Below, one piece after another: positions 60,181 to 64,000 of a DNA stretch of 64,000 nucleotides. A model generated the notes under the pieces. It was given only the letters and a program-made list of their open reading frames with translations. It ran no database searches and had not been told where the DNA came from. The position numbers were made by a program, and so were the translations under genes. Location: the NCBI GenBank assembly GCA_963823035.1, contig CAWGKG010000018.1, positions 64,001 through 128,000 on the forward strand. Reading direction: 5' to 3'. This stretch comes from an uncultured Gemmatimonadales bacterium. GTDB lineage: Bacteria; Gemmatimonadota; Gemmatimonadetes; Longimicrobiales; Gaopeijiaceae. Position 1 is the first letter of the stretch, and the number at the start of each line of letters is the position of its first letter.

Positions 60181-61515
60181 TCAGCGCCCGAAGCGCTCCC
60201 GCCCGAGGCGTACCAGGAACCGCACGCCACCCTCCACGGGCGCCTCCCGCGCGGCCCAGTCGTACGAGAAGAGGATGACGCCGCCGGCGCCCTGACGCCG
60301 CGCGATGTCGATCTTGTCGATCGTCCCCTGGTAGCCGTTCACCCATGCCCCGATGCCGGCCCACAGCCGGTCGCGTCGGCCGGCCGCCGCGGACGCCTCG
60401 CGCACCTCGTCCGTGAAGCGGCCGTTCTCGGTGGTGTACGCCATCGGCGCCACCACGTCGACGATTCCGCGGTCCAGCCAGGTCGACCAGTCCTGGAAGC
60501 GGTTCCCGTAGGCGTCCTCCTCGTCCGCGAAGACCGCCGCGGACACCACCAGTCGTGGCCTACGCGCCTTGACGCGGTCGTGGACGCGGGCGACCAGCCC
60601 GGTGATCTGTGCGCGCCGGAATTCGTCCCACTGTTCGGGAAGGGCGTCCGCGTAGGCCAGGGGGTCACTCCGATACGCCTCGTCGAGGTCGGCCCGGCGC
60701 TCCGGCGCGATGCCGGAGGCCACCCAGGCGCGGAACCGGTCCAGCGCGCCGCGGGAGTAGTCGAAATCCGCGGAAGGGAAGCGGACGTAGTCGAAATGGA
60801 TCCCGTCCAGGTCGTAGCGCCCGGCCAGATCCATCCAGATATCGAGCACGTGCTTCTGCACCTCCGGATCGGACGGACTGGTGAAGAGGCCCTCGACGGT
60901 CGTCGCACGCTCCGACGCGTAGCGCAGGAGGGCGTCGGTGAAGCGTGGGTCGGCGGGGTCGACCGCGAAGAGCGTCCGTGCAAGCGACCGGGGCACGGCC
61001 AGCCACCCGGGGTGGGCGTTCACCAGGTGACGGGGGTTCTCGGGTCGGGCCCGCCCGCTCCACACGAGGTGCGTGTTCACCCAGGCGTGCACGGCCATTC
61101 CGCGAGCGTGCGCCTCCCGGATCGTCAGCGCGAGGGGATCGAATTGCGGCTCGCCCTCCAGCGCTGCGGCGCGCGGCTCCCACCGTGCGTCGTAGTACGC
61201 GTCCCCCCTCCCCCGCACCTGAACGAGCAGCGTGTTGAAGCCCCCCGCGGCGGCGTCGGCCACCATGGTGCGCACGAGCTCCGGGGTGGTCAGCGTGGTG
61301 CGCACCACCCAGAGCCCCCGCACCTCCGCGAAGCGTCGCACCGGGCCCGTGCCGGAGCGGTCGGGGACGGCCGGCACGGTAACGGGCTCGACGCCCGGCG
61401 TCGGCGTGGGCGCCGGAGGTGCGCCGGCGGGAGCGCCGACCACGGTGCAGCCCGACGCCAGCAGTAACGCCGCTACGAGGGTCACGAGCCCGCGGCGCGG
61501 ACGCGCGGGGCTCAC
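60181..61515 (-). CDS. GHL10-family glycoside hydrolase lipoprotein (YddW/DigH-like)
   Basis: Lipobox LASGC; EVRGLWV, QVRGRGDAYY, FDPL..AHARGMAVHAW, YDLDGIHFDY, PMAY. Confidence 0.85.
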   Translation of the reverse strand: MSPARPRRGLVTLVAALLLASGCTVVGAPAGAPPAPTPTPGVEPVTVPAVPDRSGTGPVRRFAEVRGLWVVRTTLTTPELVRTMVADAAAGGFNTLLVQVRGRGDAYYDARWEPRAAALEGEPQFDPLALTIREAHARGMAVHAWVNTHLVWSGRARPENPRHLVNAHPGWLAVPRSLARTLFAVDPADPRFTDALLRYASERATTVEGLFTSPSDPEVQKHVLDIWMDLAGRYDLDGIHFDYVRFPSADFDYSRGALDRFRAWVASGIAPERRADLDEAYRSDPLAYADALPEQWDEFRRAQITGLVARVHDRVKARRPRLVVSAAVFADEEDAYGNRFQDWSTWLDRGIVDVVAPMAYTTENGRFTDEVREASAAAGRRDRLWAGIGAWVNGYQGTIDKIDIARRQGAGGVILFSYDWAAREAPVEGGVRFLVRLGRERFGR

Positions 61516-61995
61516 CGACGCTCCCTGAAGAACGCGCGCAGCAACTCTGCGGAGGCCTCGGCGAGCACGCCGGGGGTGACGGCGCACCGGTGGTTGAGGC
61601 GCGCGTCCTGGAGGAGGTTGCCGAGCGTCCCGGCCATCCCGGCCTTGGGGTCGGGCGCGCCGAACACCACGCGGGGGACGCGCGCGAGCACGATCGCGCC
61701 GGCGCACATCGCGCACGGCTCGAGCGTCACGTAGAGGGTGGTGCCCTCCAGGCGGAAGTCGCCCTGCGAAACCGCCGCCGCGCGTAGCGCGACCACCTCG
61801 GCGTGCGCCGTCGGATCCGCGTCGGACACCGTGCGGTTGTGGGCTTCCGAGAGGAACCCGCCATCGCGGACGAGCACGGCCCCGATCGGCACTTCGCCCC
61901 GCACGGCCGCCAGCGCGTGCCGACTCGAGGGCGCGCGCCATCCACAACCGATCTTCGGGGCCTTGCGGAGAGGCGTCGACCTCGGGGTGGGACAC
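61512..61995 (-). CDS. tadA: tRNA adenosine(34) deaminase; +1 frameshift near 61914
   Basis: DRLWMARALE then GEVPIGAV, DPTAHAE, LYVTLEPCAMC, LNH, FFRERR. Confidence 0.92.
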
Positions 61996-62006
61996 AGCCC
62001 CGTGGA

Positions 62007-62717
62007 TCAGTGGTGCGTGAGGTTCAGCACGCCGGAGCTGCCGTCGAGGCGTCGATAGAAGGCCGCCACCTTGCCGACGATGTCCAGCCGCTCCGGGTGC
62101 TGAACGACGGTGGTCTCGCCCCCGGGGCGCAGCGCCTCCAGGTGCGTACCGTTGCCGTTGTGCGTCATCCGATAGAACCAGGAGCCCGGCTCGATGCGCA
62201 CGGCGACGATCGCGCCGTCGTCGAGCTCCGCCATCGTGGCCGGCTCCACGAGCACGAAGTCACCCTCGTGCACACCGAGGACGGCCAGGTCGTTCGCGCC
62301 CGCGCGGACGAAGAACGCACCCTTCTCGCCAGCCAGTCGGCGGTCGAGGGAGAGGTGGAGGTCGGCCTTGCGCTTCCGCCCGTCCGGCATCTCCGAAAAG
62401 CACGGCACGGAGATCGTCTGCGCGGAGAGGTCGACGCCGAGGATCTTCACGCCGCGCGAGCGGGACGGATCCCTCTCGAGGTAGCCCTTGTCGGCTAGCG
62501 CCTGGAGGTGCTCGGACACCGTCTTCGTGCTCTTGATGCCGAAGCGCTCGCCGATCTCGCGGATGGAAGGCTGGTAGGTGTTCGTGCGCAAATACTGGAC
62601 CATGAAGTCCAGGATCTTCCTCTCGATTTCGGTGAGGACCTGGCCCCTGGGGTCCGGTGCTTTCGTCCCGCCCGAGGCGGGGGAGTCACGGTGCGCAGTC
62701 GGTTCGGAACGTGGCAA
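62007..62717 (-). CDS. lexA: LexA-like repressor with degenerate S24 domain
   Basis: LexA wHTH PSIREIGERFGIKSTKTVSEHLQALADKGYLERDPSRSRG; S24-like fold (GDFVLV, GAIVAVR, IVGKV) lacking catalytic motifs. Start uncertain. Confidence 0.8.
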   Translation of the reverse strand: MPRSEPTAHRDSPASGGTKAPDPRGQVLTEIERKILDFMVQYLRTNTYQPSIREIGERFGIKSTKTVSEHLQALADKGYLERDPSRSRGVKILGVDLSAQTISVPCFSEMPDGRKRKADLHLSLDRRLAGEKGAFFVRAGANDLAVLGVHEGDFVLVEPATMAELDDGAIVAVRIEPGSWFYRMTHNGNGTHLEALRPGGETTVVQHPERLDIVGKVAAFYRRLDGSSGVLNLTHH

Positions 62718-62769
62718 CGTCGCGCCTTTGGAAGAGCAGTGAATCCGCGTGGCCCCCAGGCCGGCCGCT

Positions 62770-62799
62770 ATCCTAATGTGCGCTTTGAACGGGTGTCAA
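62770..62799 (-). promoter_or_regulatory. Sigma70 promoter upstream of the lexA-like gene
   Basis: TTGACA-18-TAGGAT; the -35 overlaps the imperfect dyad TTGACACCCGTTCAA. Confidence 0.6.
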
Positions 62800-62811
62800 G
62801 AAAGGGTTTCG

Positions 62812-64000
62812 TCAGGGCGCCTGGAGGCGTTCGACGGCCTCGGAAACGCGCTTCAAGGCGCGATCCATGCCCAGGACCACGAGCACCTCGAAGATGCCGG
62901 GACTGTTGGCCCGGCCGGTAAGCGCGACGCGCAAGGGATGGATCAGCTTTCCGGCTCCGACACCCATCTCCTCGGCCTGGGCCCGCAGCGCGTCCTCGAG
63001 GGCCGCTTCGGTCCACGTGGAGCGACGTAGCGCGCTCTCGACGGCGCGCAGGCGCGCGAGCGCCGCCGGAACGTCCTTCATCCAGTGCTTGGCGACCGCG
63101 TCGTCGTCGAAGGCGAGCGTGTCGCTCACGAAGGGAAGCGCCTGATCGGCCACGTCTTCCACGGTGCGCGCCCGTACCTTGAGCAGGTCCACGAGGCGGG
63201 TCATCCAGGTGTCGTCGCGCAGCCGCCCCGCGTCCACCCCGGGCCTGTCCTCCAGCCGACCGCGCACGGCACCCACGAGCTCTGCGGTCGGCTTCTCCGC
63301 GAGGTGGCGGCCGTTGAGCCAGGCCAGCTTCTCCAGGTCGAAGACCGAGCTCTTCTTCAGGATGCGATCGGGCGTGAAGGCCGCCACGAGCTCGTCGCGC
63401 GCCATCACCTCTCGCTCGTCGCCCGGGTTCCATCCCAGGAGAGCGAGGAAGTTGACCATCGCCTCGGGGAGGATCCCCTGCGTCTCGTAGTCGCCCACCG
63501 CGGTCGCCCCGTGCCGCTTCGAGAGGCGCTTGCCGTCCTGCCCGAGGATGAGGGGCACGTGTCCGAAGTGCGGCTCCGGATGTCCGAGCGCGCGGTAGAG
63601 CAGCACCTGCTTCGGCGTGTTGGAGAGGTGGTCGTCCCCCCGGACGACGTGCGTGATCGCCATCGCGTGGTCGTCCGACACCACGGCGAGGTTGTACACC
63701 GGCGAGCCGTCCGAGCGCAGGATCACGAGGTCGTCGATGTCGTCGTTGCCGAAGCGCATGTCGCCGTGCACGAGGTCCGTGAAGCACGTCTCGCCGTCCG
63801 GAACGCGGAAGCGGATCGCGAACGCCTCCCCCGCCTCGGCGCGCCGCTCCGACTCCGCGGCGCCGAGCGCGTCCGCCTTCTCGCGCGCCACGCGCGAAGG
63901 GTGCATTCCACGGCGCTCCGCCTCGGCCTTCACCTCCGCCGGATCGGCGAAGTCCCGGTAGGCCTTCCCCTCCGCGAGCAGACGAAGCGCGTCTGCGCGG
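62812..64000 (-). CDS. gltX: Glutamate--tRNA ligase (5' part outside window)
   Basis: YNLAVVSDD, HVVRGDDHLSNTPKQ, KRLSKRHG (KMSKS-type), NFLALLGW, PLRVALTG..SPG. Confidence 0.95.
   Translation of the reverse strand, partial: RADALRLLAEGKAYRDFADPAEVKAEAERRGMHPSRVAREKADALGAAESERRAEAGEAFAIRFRVPDGETCFTDLVHGDMRFGNDDIDDLVILRSDGSPVYNLAVVSDDHAMAITHVVRGDDHLSNTPKQVLLYRALGHPEPHFGHVPLILGQDGKRLSKRHGATAVGDYETQGILPEAMVNFLALLGWNPGDEREVMARDELVAAFTPDRILKKSSVFDLEKLAWLNGRHLAEKPTAELVGAVRGRLEDRPGVDAGRLRDDTWMTRLVDLLKVRARTVEDVADQALPFVSDTLAFDDDAVAKHWMKDVPAALARLRAVESALRRSTWTEAALEDALRAQAEEMGVGAGKLIHPLRVALTGRANSPGIFEVLVVLGMDRALKRVSEAVERLQAP

Noticed and set aside
60181..61995. Apparent TadA-N-terminus/GHL10 fusion
   Set aside because: Frameshift near 61914. 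tadA ends at 61512 and GHL10 starts with its own lipoprotein signal.

Overview
Very GC-rich bacterial chromosomal window, most likely Gemmatimonadota (inferred from gene style: ADOP permeases, HEAT-cyclophilin, Oar-type TonB receptor). It is mostly core and envelope genome. It contains a TonB-dependent receptor, a TolC/MFP/ABC/ADOP export operon, a TetR-controlled RND operon, several peptidases (M61, M55, S33-like, M1, M50), murB, rmlC, MATE, arfB, tRNA-Ile2(CAT), an aeRF1-like protein, upp, pcm, scpAB-rluB, a SCO-PCuAC fusion, rpsT, pyrRBC, NhaC, a GGDEF protein, tadA, a LexA-like gene and a partial gltX. I saw no mobile element, prophage or CRISPR array. About 15 frameshifts in 10 genes are each repairable by deleting one base and are probably assembly errors. 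The most notable signals are: (1) a LexA homologue lacking both catalytic residues and the Ala-Gly cleavage site; (2) an apparent sigma54+ECF-driven envelope operon led by a triple-repeat secreted protein and an uncharacterised beta-barrel; (3) an aeRF1/Balon-like gene whose stop codon lies inside tRNA-Ile2, near arfB; (4) a MurB with a substituted active-site Arg. All family calls come from motif recognition, not database searches.
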